Of a stretch of DNA of 64,000 nucleotides, positions 46,401 through 61,400 are shown piece after piece. Source of the stretch: Antedon mediterranea (taxonomy: Eukaryota > Animalia > Echinodermata); NCBI RefSeq assembly GCF_964355755.1, contig NC_092673.1, forward strand, positions 27,897,648 through 27,961,647, in the 5' to 3' direction. The position numbers and the translations under genes were made by a program. Under the pieces are notes generated by a model that was not told where the DNA came from, made no database searches, and saw only the letters and a program-made list of their open reading frames with translations. The stretch's first letter is position 1. Each line of letters opens with the position of its first letter.

Positions 46401-49400
46401 TACTGAACCATCAACGACAGAGCCCTCAACTACTGAGCCATCAACAACAGAGCCCTCAACAACAGAGCCCTCAACTACAGAGCCATCAACTACAGAGCCA
46501 TCTACTACAGAGCCATCTACTACTGAACCATCTACTTCTGAACCATCAACAACAGAGCCATCTACTACTGAACCATCTACTACTGAACCATCAACAACAG
46601 AGCCCTCAACTACTGAGCCATCAACTACAGAGCCCTCAACTACTGAGCCATCGACCACAGAACCATCTACTACTGAACCATCAACGACAGAACCATCTAC
46701 TACAGAACCATCAACGACAGAGCCCTCAACTACTGAACCATCTACTACTGAGCCATCAACTACTGAACCATCAACAACAGAGCCCTCAACCACAGAGCCG
46801 TCAACCACAGAGCCATCTACAACAGAGCCATCTACTACACAGCTATCGACTACTGAACCCTCAACTACTGAACCATCTACTACTGAACCATCAACAACAG
46901 AACCCTCACCTACTGAGCCATCAACAACAGAGCCCTCAACTACGGAGCCATCAACTACAGAGCCTTCAACAACAGAGCCATCAACCACAGAACCATCTAC
47001 TACTGAACCATCGACAACAGAGCCATCTACTACAGAGCCATCGACTACCGAACCCTCAACTACTGAACCATCTACTACTGAACCATCGACAACAGAGCCA
47101 TCTACTACAGAACCATCAACAACAGAGCCCTCAACTACTGAACCATCAACGACAGAGCCCTCAACTACTGAGCCATCAACAACAGAGCCCTCAACAACAG
47201 AGCCCTCAACTACAGAGCCATCAACTACAGAGCCATCTACTACAGAGCCATCTACTACTGAACCATCTACTACTGAACCATCAACAACAGAGCCATCTAC
47301 TACTGAACCATCTACTACTGAACCATCAACAACAGAGCCCTCAACTACTGAGCCATCAACAACAGAGCCCTCAACTACTGAGCCATCAACTACAGAGCCC
47401 TCAACTACTGAGCCATCGACCACAGAACCATCTACTACTGAACCATCAACGACAGAACCATCTACTACAGAACCATCAACGACAGAGCCCTCAACTACTG
47501 AACCATCTACTACTGAGCCATCAACTACTGAACCATCAACAACAGAGCCCTCAACCACAGAGCCGTCAACCACAGAGCCATCAACAACAGAGCCATCTAC
47601 TACACAGCCATCGACTACTGAACCCTCAACTACTGAACCATCTACTACTGAACCATCAACAACAGAGCCCTCAACTACTGAACCATCAACAACAGAGCTC
47701 TCAACTACTGAGCCATCAACTACAGAGCCCTCAACTACTGAGCCATCAACCACAGAACCATCTACTACTGAACCATCAACGACAGAGCCCTCAACTACTG
47801 AGCCATCTACTACTGAACCATCAACAACCGAGCCCTCAACTACTGAGCCATCAACTACAGAGCCCTCAACCACAGAGCCATCGACTACTGAGCCTTCAAC
47901 TACAGAGCCCTCAACTACTGAGCCATCAACCACAGAACCATCGACTACTGAACCATCGACAACAGAGCCATCTACTACAGAACCATCGACTACTGAACCA
48001 TCTACTACTGAACCCTCAACTACTGAACCATCTACTACTGAACCCTCAACTACTGAACCCTCAACTACTGAACCATCTACTACAGAACCATCAACAACAG
48101 AACCCTCAACTACTGAGCCATCAACAACAGAGCCCTCAACTACTGAGCCATCAACTACAGAGCCCTCAACCACAGAGCCATCAACCACAGAACCATCTAC
48201 TACTGAACCATTGACAACAGAGCCATCTACTACAGAGCCATCGACTACTGAACCCTCAACTACTGAACCATCTACTACTGAACCATCGACAACAGAGCCC
48301 TCTACTACAGAACCATCAACAACAGAGCCCTCAACTATTGAACCATCAACAACAGAGCCCTCAACTACTGAACCATCAACGACAGAGCCCTCAACTACTG
48401 AACCATCAACTACAGAGCCATCAACTACAGAGCCATCTACTACAGAGCCATCTACTACTGAACCATCTACTACTGAACCATCAACAACAGAGCCATCTAC
48501 TACTGAACCATCTACTACTGAACCATCAACAACAGAGCCCTCAACTACTGAACCATCAACAACAGAGCCCTCAACTACTGAACCATCAACAACAGAGCCC
48601 TCAACTACTGAGCCATCAACTACAGAGCCCTCAACTACTGAGCCATCAACCACAGAACCATCTACTACTGAACCATCAACGACAGAGCCCTCAACTACTG
48701 AGCCATCTACTACTGAACCATCAACAACAGAGCCCTCAACTACTGAACCATCAACTACAGAGCCCTCAACCACAGAGCCATCGACTACTAAGCCTTCAAC
48801 TACAGAGCCCTCAACTACTGAGCCATCAACCACAGAACCATCAACTACTGAACCATCGACAACAGAGCCATCTACTACAGAGCCATTGACTACTGAACCA
48901 TCTACTACTGAACCATCAACAACAGAACCCTCAACTACTGAGCCATCAACAACAGAGCCCTCAACTACGGAGCCATCAACTACAGAGCCTTCAACCACAG
49001 AGCCATCAACCACAGAACCATCTACTACTGAACCATCGACAACAGAGCCATCTACTACAGAGCCATCGACTACCGAACCCTCAACTACTGAACCATCTAC
49101 TACTGAACCATCGACAACAGAGCCATCTACTACAGAACCTTCAACAACAGAGCCCTCAACTACTGAACCATCAACGACAGAGCCCTCAACTACTGAGCCA
49201 TCAACAACAGAGCCCTCAACAACAGAGCCATCTACTACAGAGCCATCTACTACTGAACCATCTACTACTGAACCATCAACAACAGAGCCATCTACTACTG
49301 AACCATCTACTACTGAACCATCAACAACAGAGCCCTCAACTACTGAGCCATTAACAACAGAGCCCTCAACTACTGAGCCATCAACTACAGAGCCCTCAAC

Positions 49401-52400
49401 TACTGAGCCATCGACCACAGAACCATCTACTACTGAACCATCAACGACAGAACCATCTACTACAGAACCATCAACGACAGAGCCCTCAACTACTGAACCA
49501 TCTACTACTGAGCCATCAACTACTGAACCATCAACAACAGAGCCCTCAACCACAGAGCCGTCAACCACAGAGCCATCAACAACCGAGCTATCTACTACAC
49601 AGCCATCGACTACTGAACCCTCAACTACTGAACCATCTACTACTGAACCATCAACAACAGAGCCCTCAACTACTGAACCATCAACAACAGAGCTCTCAAC
49701 TACTGAGCCATCAACTACAGAGCCCTCAACTACTGAGCCATCAACCACAGAACCATCTACTACTGAACCATCAACGACAGAGCCCTCAACTACTGAGCCA
49801 TCTACTACTGAACCATCAACAACCGAGCCCTCAACTACTGAGCCATCAACTACAGAGCCCTCAACCACAGAGCCATCGACTACTGAGCCTTCAACTACAG
49901 AGCCCTCAACTACTGAGCCATCAACCACAGAACCATCGACTACTGAACCATCGACAACAGAGCCATCTACTACAGAACCATCGACTACTGAACCATCTAC
50001 TACTGAACCCTCAACTACTGAACCATCTACTACAGAACCATCAACAACAGAACCCTCAACTACTGAGCCATCAACAACAGAGCCCTCAACTACTGAGCCA
50101 TCAACAACAGAGCCCTCAACTACTGAGCCATCAACTACAGAGCCCTCAACTACTGAGCCATCGACCACAGAACCATCTACTACTGAACCATCAACAACAG
50201 AACCATCTACTACAGAACCATCAACGACAGAGCCCTCAACTACTGAACCATCTACTACTGAGCCATCAACTACTGAACCATCAACAACAGAGCCCTCAAC
50301 CACAGAGCCGTCAACCACAGAGCCATCAACAACAGAGCCATCTACTACACAGCCATCGACTACTGAACCCTCAACTACTGAACCATCTACTACTGAACCA
50401 TCAACAACAGAGCCCTCAACTACTGAACCATCAACAACAGAGCTCTCAACTACTGAGCCATCAACTACAGAGCCCTCAACTACTGAGCCATCAATCACAG
50501 AACCATCTACTACTGAACCATCAACGACAGAGCCCTCAACTACTGAGCCATCTACTACTGAACCATCAACAACCGAGCCCTCAACTACTGAGCCATCAAC
50601 TACAGAGCCCTCAACCACAGAGCCATCGACTACTGAGCCTTCAACTACAGAGCCCTCAACTACTGAGCCATCAACCACAGAACCATCGACTACTGAACCA
50701 TCGACAACAGAGCCATCTACTACAGAACCATCGACTACTGAACCCTCAACTACTGAACCATCTACTACTGAACCCTCAACTACTGAGCCATCAACCACAG
50801 AACCATCGACTACTGAACCATCGACAACAGAGCCATCTACTACAGAACCATCGACTACTGAACCATCTACTACTGAACCCTCAACTACTGAACCATCTAC
50901 TACTGAACCCTCAACTACTGAACCCTCAACTACTGAACCATCTACTACAGAACCATCAACAACAGAACCCTCAACTACTGAGCCATCAACAACAGAGCCC
51001 TCAACTACTGAGCCATCAACTACAGAGCCCTCAACCACAGAGCCATCAACCACAGAACCATCTACTACTGAACCATCGACAACAGAGCCATCTACTACAG
51101 AGCCATCGACTACTGAACCCTCAACTACTGAACCATCTACTACTGAACCATCGACAACAGAGCCCTCTACTACAGAACCATCAACAACAGAGCCCTCAAC
51201 TACTGAACCATTAACAACAGAGCCCTCAACTACAGAGCCATCAACTACAGAGCCATCTACTACAGAGCCATCTACTACTGAACCATCTACTACTGAACCA
51301 TCAACAACAGAGCCATCTACTACTGAACCATCTACTACTGAACCATCAACAACAGAGCCCTCAACTACTGAGCCATCAACAACAGAGCCCTCAACTACAG
51401 AGCCATCAACTACAGAGCCCTCAACCACTGAGCCCTCGACCACAGAACCATCTACTACTGAACCATCAACGACAGAACCATCTAATACAGAACCATCAAC
51501 GACAGAGCCCTCAACTACTGAACCATCTACTACTGAGCCATCAACTACTGAACCCTCAACAACAGAGCCCTCAACCACAGAGCCCTCAACCACAGAGCCA
51601 TCAACAACAGAGCCATCTACTACACAGCCATCGACTACTGAACCCTCAACTACTGAACCATCTACTACTGAACCATCAACAACAGAGCCCTCAACTACTG
51701 AACCATCAACAACAGAGCTCTCAACTACTGAGCCATCAACTACAGAGCCCTCAACTACTAAGCCATCAACAACAGAACCATCTACTACTGAACCATCAAC
51801 GACAGAGCCCTCAACTACTGAGCCATCTACTACTGAACCATCAACAACCGACCCCTCAACTACAGAGCCCTCAACCACAGAGCCATCGACTACTGAGCCT
51901 TCAACTACAGAGCCCTCAACTACTGAGCCATCAACCACAGAACCATCGACTACTGAACCATCGACAACAGAGCCATCTACTACAGAACCATCGACTACTG
52001 AACCATCTACTACTGAACCCTCAACTACTGAACCATCTACTACTGAACCCTCAACTACTGAACCCTCAACTACTGAACCCTCAACTACTGAACCATCTAC
52101 TACAGAACCATCAACAACAGAACCCTCAACTACTGAGCCATCAACAACAGAGCCCTCAACTACTGAGCCATCAACTACAGAGCCTTCATCCACAGAGCCA
52201 TCAACCACAGAACTATCTACTACTGAACCATCGACAACAGAGCCATCTACTACAGAGTCATCGACTACTGAACCCTCAACTACTGAACCATCTACTACTG
52301 AACCATCGACAACAGAGCCATCTACTACAGAACCATCTACTACAGAACCATCAACAACAGAGCCCTCAACTACTGAACCATCAACAACAGAGCCCTCAAC

Positions 52401-55400
52401 TACTGAACCATCAACGACAGAGCCCTCAACTACAGAGCCATCAACTACAGAGCCATCAACTACAGAGCCATCTACTACTGAACCATCAACTACAGAGCCC
52501 TCAACCACAGAGCCATCGACTACTGAGCCTTCAACTACAGAGCCCTCAACTACTGAGCCATCGACCACTGAACCATCGACTACTGAACCATCGACAACAG
52601 AGCCATCTACTACAGAACCATCGACTACTGAACCATCTACTACTGAACCCTCAACTACTGAACCATCTACTACTGAACCCTCAACTACTGAACCCTCAAC
52701 TACTGAACCATCTACTACAGAACCATCAACAACAGAACCCTCAACTACTGAGCCATCAACAACAGAGCCCTCAACTACTGAGCCATCAACTACAGAGCCC
52801 TCAACCACAGAGCCATCAACCACAGAACCATCTACTACTGAACCATCGACAACAGAGCCATCTACTACAGAGCCATCGACTACCGAACCCTCAACTACTG
52901 AACCATCTACTACTGAACCATCGACAACAGAGCCCTCTACTACAGAACCATCAACAACAGAGCCCTCAACTACTGAACCATCAACAACAGAGCCCTCAAC
53001 TACAGAGCCATCAACTACAGAGCCATCTACTACAGAGCCATCTACTACTGAACCATCTACTACTGAACCATCAACAACAGAGCCATCTACTACTGAACCA
53101 TCAACAACAGAGCCCTCAACCACTGAGCCATCAACAACAGAGCCCTCAACCACTGAGCCCTCGACTACAGAGCCCTCAACCACTGAGCCCTCGACCACAG
53201 AACCATCTACTACTGAACCATCAACGACAGAACCATCTACTACAGAACCATCTACTACTGAGCCATCAACTACTGAACCCTCAACAACAGAGCCCTCAAC
53301 CACAGAGCCCTCAACCACAGAGCCATCAACAACAGAGCCATCTACTACACAGCCATCGACTACTGAACCCTCAACTACTGAACCATCTACTACTGAACCA
53401 TCAACAACAGAGCCCTCAACTACTGAACCATCAACAACAGAGCTCTCAACTACTGAGCCATCAACTACAGAGCCCTCAACTACTAAGCCATCAACAACAG
53501 AACCATCTACTACTGAACCATCAACGACAGAGCCCTCAACTACTGAGCCATCTACTACTGAACCATCAACAACCGACCCCTCAACTACAGAGCCCTCAAC
53601 CACAGAGCCATCGACTACTGAGCCTTCAAATACAGAGCCCTCAACTACTGAGCCCTCAACCACAGAGCCCTCAACCACAGAGCCATCAACAACAGAGCCA
53701 TCTACTACACAGCCATCTACTACTGAACCCTCAACTACTGAACCATCTACTACTGAACCCTCAACTACTGAACCCTCAACTACTGAACCCTCAACTACTG
53801 AACCATCTACTACAGAACCATCAACAACAGAACCCTCAACTACTGAGCCATCAACAACAGAGCCCTCAACTACTGAGCCATCAACTACAGAGCCCTCATC
53901 CACAGAGCCATCAACCACAGAATTATCTACTACTGAACCATCGACAACAGAGCCATCTACTACAGAGTCATCGACTACTGAACCCTCAACTACTGAACCA
54001 TCTACTACTGAACCATCGACAACGGAGCCATCTACTACAGAACCATCAACAACAGAGCCCTCAACTACTGAACCATCAACAACAGAGCCCTCAACTACTG
54101 AACCATCAACGACAGAGCCCTCAACTACTGAACCATCTACTACTGAGCCATCAACTACAGAGCCATCTACTACTGAACCATCTACTACTGAACCATCAAC
54201 AACAGAGCCATCTACTACTGAACCATCTACTACTGAACCATCTACTACTGAACCATCAACGACAGAACCCTCAACTACAGAACCATCAACAACAGAGCCC
54301 TCAACTACTGAGCCATCAACCACTGAGCCCTCAACTACTGAGCCATTAACTACAGAGCCCTCAACCACAGAGCCATCAACCACAGAACCATCTACTACTG
54401 AACCATCGACAACAGAGCCATCTACTACAGAGCCATTGACTACTGAACCCTCCACTACTGAACCATCTACTACTGAACCATCAACAACAGAGCCCTCAAC
54501 TACTGAGCCATCAACAACAGAGCCCTCAACTACTGAGCCATCAACTACAGAACCATCTACTACTGAGCAATCAACCACAGAGCCATCAACTACTGAACCA
54601 TCAACAACAGAGCCCTCAACTACTGAGCCATCAACTACAGAACCATCTACTACTGAGCAATCAACCACAGAGCCATCTACTACTGAACCATCAACCACAG
54701 AGCCATCTACTACTGAACCATCTACTACTGAACCATCAACAACAGAGCCTTCAACTACTGAGCCATCAACAACAGAGCCCTCAACTACTGAGCCATCAAC
54801 CACTGAGCCCTCAACTACTGAGCCCTCAACTACTGAGCCATCAACTACAGAGCCCTCAACCACAGAGCCATCAACCACAGAACCATCTACTACTGAACCA
54901 TCGACAACAAAGCCATCTACTACAGAGCCATCGACTATTGAACCATCTACTACTGAACCATTGACAACAGAGCTATCTACTACAGAGCCCTCAACTACTG
55001 AGCCATCAACTACTGAGCCATCAACCACAGAGCCATCTACTACAGAGCCATCGACTACTGAACCCTCAACTACTGAACCATCTACTACTGAACCATCAAC
55101 AACAGAGCCCTCAACTACAGAACCATCTACTACTGAACCATCTACTACAGAACCGTCTACTACAGAGCCCTCAACTACAAAGTCATCAACTACAGAGCCC
55201 TCAACCACAGAGCCATCGACTACTGAACCCTCAACTACTGAACCATCAACGACAGAACCATCTACTACTGAACCATCTACTACAGAGCCCTCAACTACAG
55301 AACCCTTTACTACTGAGCCATCGACGACAGAGCCCTCGACTACTGAGCCATCAACTACAGAGCATTTAACTACTGAACCATCAACTACTGAACCATCTAC

Positions 55401-55426
55401 TACTGAACCTTCAACTACAGAGTCGG
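37415..55426 (+). CDS. Giant mucin-like exon encoding ~1,200 EPSTT pentapeptides
   Basis: Polypyrimidine tract + aag| acceptor, |gtaaga donor; 18,012 bp (phase 1-1); no stop or frameshift; variation mostly at third codon positions. Confidence 0.85.
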
Positions 55427-55691
55427 GTAAGACACTTTTTTTCAATATATACATACAATTTATTTTCTTGAATTTGTAAAATAAGTTGTGGTATATATGT
55501 ATATATTAATTTATTGTATGTATTAAACCACAACTTATTTACAAAATTCAAGAAAATTAATTTAAATTCATTCATTATATAGTGAATTATATAATGAATG
55601 TTCATGAGTTAAATGAGTAAAATATTTCATCAATTTAAATTGTCACTATTATTTAAAGAGGGGTTTAATAATAATATAAAAACATTTTTAG

Positions 55692-56078
55692 TTGAAACAA
55701 CTGAACCAACTACAGAGCCTTCTACTACTGAGCCCTCAACTACTGAGCCATCTACTATAGAGCCATCTACTACTGAGCCTTCTACTACAGAGCCCTCAAC
55801 TACTAAGCCATCTACTACTGAGCCATCAACGACAGAGCCATCAACGACAGAGCCCTCAACTACTGAGCCATCAACGACAGAGCCATCAACTACTGAACCC
55901 TCAACTACTGAGCCATCTACTACAGAGCCATCTACTACTGAGCCTTCTACTACTGAGCCATCAACTACTGAACCATCTACTACTGAACCATCAACGACAG
56001 AGCCCTCAACTACTGAACCATCTACTACAGAGCCATCTACTACTCAGCCATCCACTACTCAACCATCAACAACAATGG
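55692..56078 (+). CDS. Second EPSTT exon (387 bp, phase 1-1)
   Basis: tttttag|tt gaa aca ... atg g|gtaaga. Confidence 0.85.
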
Positions 56079-56873
56079 GTAAGAAACTTTTTTTTTCGAT
56101 ATTTACATTTACATAAAATAAATTTTCTTGAATTTGTAAATATATGTTTGATGTATAATGAATGTTGATGAGTTGAATGGAGAACATATACTCATGAATT
56201 AAAATATTCAGTATTATTTAAAGAGACGTAATCGGGTTATATATGAAAGTCAATTTATAATAAAATATTTTTTTCATTAAAAGAATGCAAAACATTCATC
56301 CTTTGTTTTATCATACATCTTACCTTTCTAAAGTAAATTTTATTCTTCTATCTTGAACGTATTCCAATGTCCAGCGTTCAATCGTGATCTATGTACCAGT
56401 ACCATTCACACTTAAGCTACGGAAACAATTGATAGATATCTATTAAATTGAAGTGAAATATTTAATATTTGAAATAAATAATATGATTGGTGATTACGGC
56501 CATAAGTTTGTAACTCACAGACTCTTACACAAAGTAATCCTTAACGTTTAAAAGTCAAGGTGTTAAGACACAGCGATCTACATACCTTGTGTTTAAAACA
56601 CTCTGATAGTCATCATGTCTAAGCAGATAGAACTATGTATACATTCATGAAAAACGCATGAAAATTTAGAAATCCCTGTATAAAACATACATTTAATGTA
56701 TATTTATTTCACTTCCAATCTGTTTTTTCCCGAGACATAAATCATGTTCACTCAATATCCTGCCTTTCACGAACCTGCAACTGACACGAACAAAAAAAAC
56801 TATTTTAAAATGTTCTTCACTTTATACACATGGCCTTTAAACAAAACATACAGTAGTGACATACTGTGAATGT

Positions 56874-56970
56874 ATCATGTGAACTCACATGTTGTGAAGA
56901 AATCATGTGAACTCACATATTGTGAAGAAATCATGTGAACTCACATGTTGTGAAGAAATCGTGTGCTCAC
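56874..56970. repeat. 28-bp minisatellite, ~3.4 copies
   Basis: atcatgtgaactcacat(g/a)ttgtgaagaa x3; internal palindrome catgtga-ac-tcacatg. Confidence 0.85.
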
Positions 56971-57619
56971 TTGTATTATTATAGTGCTGTAAATTAAATA
57001 AAGATTAAGAAATATCATATAGTATCTATAATCAATGTGCAATACATTCCTTTTTCTATTTCTAATTATAATTTCTTTTTCTAATAATGACATTTATCGA
57101 GTTCCTCTAACCCTTACCTTATTTACACATTTTTATAATCACAAAAGAAATGATAAATTTGTTAGATTTAAAAAAAAACTACATAAAAGAAAATCTACAT
57201 ATCTTAATTTTTTTAAGTTGGTAATATATTATGTATAAATCTATTGTGCCATGGTCTCTGCTATTATGTGGATTTATCTAGTATTATCCGGGAGTCTCCT
57301 TCCTATTTAGTATTATCCTTATCCTTCCTATGCATTTCAGTAAACTCAATAATTAATAAGCCTAGAGTTGCAAATTCATGAAAACAATGTAATTTGTAAA
57401 TGACCGAGTTATCAAATTTCGGTAGAAAAAGTTACACCTTTTTTGCCAATTTCTAATTTACGAACATTGAAAGTGTACATTAAGTAATGTTGTACCTTCG
57501 TAAACCTTTAACTGTTATGTTTATTCTTATATGAACTCACTGCTTGTTTGAGCCAGTACTTAATGGGCTTATTATTTTATTATTATTCCAAAAACTTATG
57601 TGTCTACTGGTTCATTCCT

Positions 57620-57700
57620 TTGAGAACATTGTGTGCACAGCGCCATGAGCAATGAATGTTGGAATGGCGCTATATAAATCGAACGATTGATCGATTGATT
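57620..57700 (+). mobile_element. L2-type LINE/SINE 3' tail
   Basis: cagcgccatgagc...ggaatggcgctatataaatcg followed by (gatt)-like repeats. Confidence 0.5.
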
Positions 57701-58079
57701 GGTTGTACACTGCCCATTTAGATCACGTCTTATTATAACATTATGTAATATTTAACAATAGAACTAGTTTTTAATTTTGTACCACTATTTCTCAGTATAC
57801 ATTTTCTTTCTTAAAATTCTAAATTAGGATTGGTTCTTTGATAGTACTTAGTATTCTGTTTGGTATTTATAGTAAATAAGTATTTTACAAAGAAATAACA
57901 ACACTTTGCGCTGCACTTCAGTAAATAAGTTTTGCTACACTTTTTACCATTTCTTTACATACATGACTACATTTTCTGATGTTCATTAATGTCTCCAAAA
58001 AAAGTAATTTAATTTTCATCAAGCCTTCTTTGTAAGTGAATTGCTATCACGTACCATCAAGTATTGTAACATTTTTACT

Positions 58080-58337
58080 GCAACAACTAGAGATCCATCA
58101 AATACTATCATCATCTACCGAATCTTCTGCTGCTAAACCTTCAACTATAAACCTATTTTAAATCCAGAAACTCTACTTGAAATTCATCAGAAAATTATAA
58201 CAAGTTGTCTACAACATTCATTGAAGATAAATCCAGGCAATCAACAAAAAAAGCATTATCAACTGATTCATTTCAGACATCAACTACAGAGCTTATTGAA
58301 TTAGAAAAAAATGACTACAAAGCCATCAAAAACTAAG
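58080..58337 (+). pseudogene. Decayed EPSTT pseudo-exon in intron
   Basis: Residual units (aaaccttcaactata, acatcaactacagagc, actacaaagccatcaa) with stops and indels. Confidence 0.5.
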
Positions 58338-58488
58338 TTGTTTCTTTGTGATTTCATTTATTTATGCTTAGTTTTTCTACTACATTTTTTAGAAAACATA
58401 TATTTTAACTTGTGTATAAAGAGAAAACATAATTAAATTAATAAATATATATATATATATATACATATAAACATATAAACATCTTTAG

Positions 58489-61400
58489 TTGAAACAACAG
58501 AACCATCAACTACAGAGTTTTCAACTACTGAACCTTCATCTACTGAGCCATCTCCTACACAACCATCAACAACAGAGCCATCCACAACAGAGCCCTCAAC
58601 TACTGAACCATCAACGACAGAGCCATCTACTACTGAACCATCAACAACAGAGCCCTCAACAACAGAGCCATCTACTACTGAACCATCAACGACAGAGCCC
58701 TCAACGACAGAGCCCTCAACAACAGAGCCCTCAACTACTGAACCATCGACTACTGAACCATCGACTACTGAACCATCGACTACTGAACCATCAACCACAG
58801 AGCCATCGACGACAGAGCCCTCAACTACTGAGCCTTCAACCACAGAACCGTCGACAACAGAGCCATCTACTACTGAGCCCTCAACAACTGAGCCATCAAC
58901 TACTGAACCATCTACTACTGAACCATCTACTACTGAACCATCAACGACAGAACCCTCAACTACTGAGCCCTCAACTACTGAGCCCTCAACTACTGAGCCC
59001 TCAACTACTGAACCATCAACAACAGAGCGCTCAACTACTGTGCTCTCAACTACTGAGCCATCAACAACAGAGCCCTCAACTACTGAGCCATCAACAACAG
59101 AGCCCTCAACTACTGAACCATCCACAACAGAGCCCTCAACTACTGAACCATCAACGACAGAGCCATCTACTACTGAACCATCAACAACAGAGCCCTTAAC
59201 TACTGAACCATCTACTACTGAGCCATCAACTACTGAACCATCAACGACAGAGCCCTCAACTACAGAGCCATCAACTACAGAGCCCTCAACTACTGAGCCC
59301 TCAACTACTGAGCACTCAACTACTGAGCCATCAACTACAGAGCCCTCAACTACTGAGCCATCAACCACAGAGTCATTGACTACAGAGCCATCGACTACTG
59401 AACCCTCAACTACTGAACCCTCAACTACTGAACCATCTACTACAGAACCATCAACGACAGAGCCCTCAACAACAGAGCCCTCAACTACTGAGCCATCTAC
59501 TACTGAACCATCGACTACTGAACCATCAACCACAGAGCCATCGACGACAAAGCCCTCGACTACTGAGCCTTCAACCACAGAATCGTCGACAACAGAGCCA
59601 TCTACTACTGAGCCCTCAACGACTGAGCCATCAACAACAGAGTCATCGACAACAGAGCCATCTACTACAAAGCCATCTACTACTGAGCCCTCAACAACTG
59701 AGCCATCAACTACTGAACCATCTACTACTGAACCATCTACTACTGAACCATCAATGACAGAACCCTCAACTACTGAGCCCTCAACTACTGAGCCCTCAAC
59801 TACTGAACCATCAACAACTGAACCATCAACAACAGAGCGCTCAACTACTGAGCTCTCAACTACTGAGCCATCAACAACAGAGCCCTCAACTACTGAGCCA
59901 TCAACAACAGAGCGCTCAACTACTGAACCATCCACAACAGAGCCCTCAACTACTGAACCATCAACGACAGAGCCATCTACTACTGAACCATCAACAACAG
60001 AGCCCTCAACTACTGAACCATCTACTACTGAGCCATTAACTACTGAACCATCAACGACAGAGCCCTCAACTACAGAGCCATCAACTACAGAGCCCTCAAC
60101 TACTGAGCCCTCAACTACTGAGCCCTCAACTACTGAGCCCTCAACTACTGAGCCATCAACTACAGAGCCCTCAACTACTGAGCCATCAACCACAGAGCCA
60201 TCGACTACTGAACCCTCAACTACTGAACCCTCAACTACTGAACCATCTACTACAGAACCATCAACAACAGAGCCCTCAACAACAGAGCCCTCAACTACTG
60301 AGCCCTCAACTACTGAGCCATCTACTACTGAGCCATCTACTACTGAACCATCGACTACTGAACCATCTACTACTGAGCCATCAACTACTGAACCATCAAC
60401 GACAGAGCCCTCAACTACAGAGCCATCAACTACAGAGCCCTCAACTACTGAGCCCTCAACTACTGAGCCCTCAACTACTGAGCCCTCAACTACAGAGCCC
60501 TCAACTACTGAGCCATCAACCACAGAGTCATTGACTACAGAGCCATCGACTACTGAACCCTCAACTACTGAACCCTCAACTACTGAACCATCTACTACAG
60601 AACCATCAACGACAGAGCCCTCAACAACAGAGCCCTCAACTACTGAGCCATCTACTACTAAACCATCGACTACTGAACCATCAACCACAGAGCCATCGAC
60701 GACAAAGCCCTCGACTACTGAGCCTTCAACCACAGAATCGTCGACAACAGAGCCATCTACTACTGAGCCCTCAACGACTGAGCCATCAACAACTGAGCCC
60801 TCAACAACTGAGCCATCAACTACTGAACCATCTACTACTGAACCCTCAACTACTGAGCCCTCAACTACTGAGCCCTCAACTACTGAGCCCTCAACTACTG
60901 AACCATCAACTACTGAGCTCTCAACTACTGAGCTCTCAACTACTGATCCATCAACAACAGAGCCCTCAACTACTGAGCCATCAACAACAGAGCGCTCAAC
61001 TACTGAACCATCCACAACAGAGCCCTCAACTACTGAACCATCAACGACAGAGCCATCTACTACTGAACCATCAACAACAGAGCCCTCAACTACTGAACCA
61101 TCTACTACTGAGCCATTAACTACTGAACCATCAACGACAGAGCCATCAACTACAGAGCCCTCAACTACTGAGCCCTCAACTACTGAGCCCTCAACTACTG
61201 AGCCATCAACTACAGAGCCCTCAACTACTGAGCCATCAACCACAGAGCCATCGACTACTGAACCCTCAACTACTGAACCCTCAACTACTGAACCATCTAC
61301 TACAGAACCATCAACGACAGAGCCCTCAACAACAGAGCCATCAACTACTGAGCCCTCAACTACTGAGCCATCTACTACTGAACCATCGACTACTGAACCA

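Noticed and set aside
37422-55454. 6010-aa antisense ORF (GSVVD/E)n, and the 1836-aa one at 58433-63943
   Set aside because: By-product of the sense repeat: antisense codons are GGY TCN GTN GTN GAN, which synonymous sense variation cannot turn into stops. Splice signals and the signal-peptide exon support the + strand.
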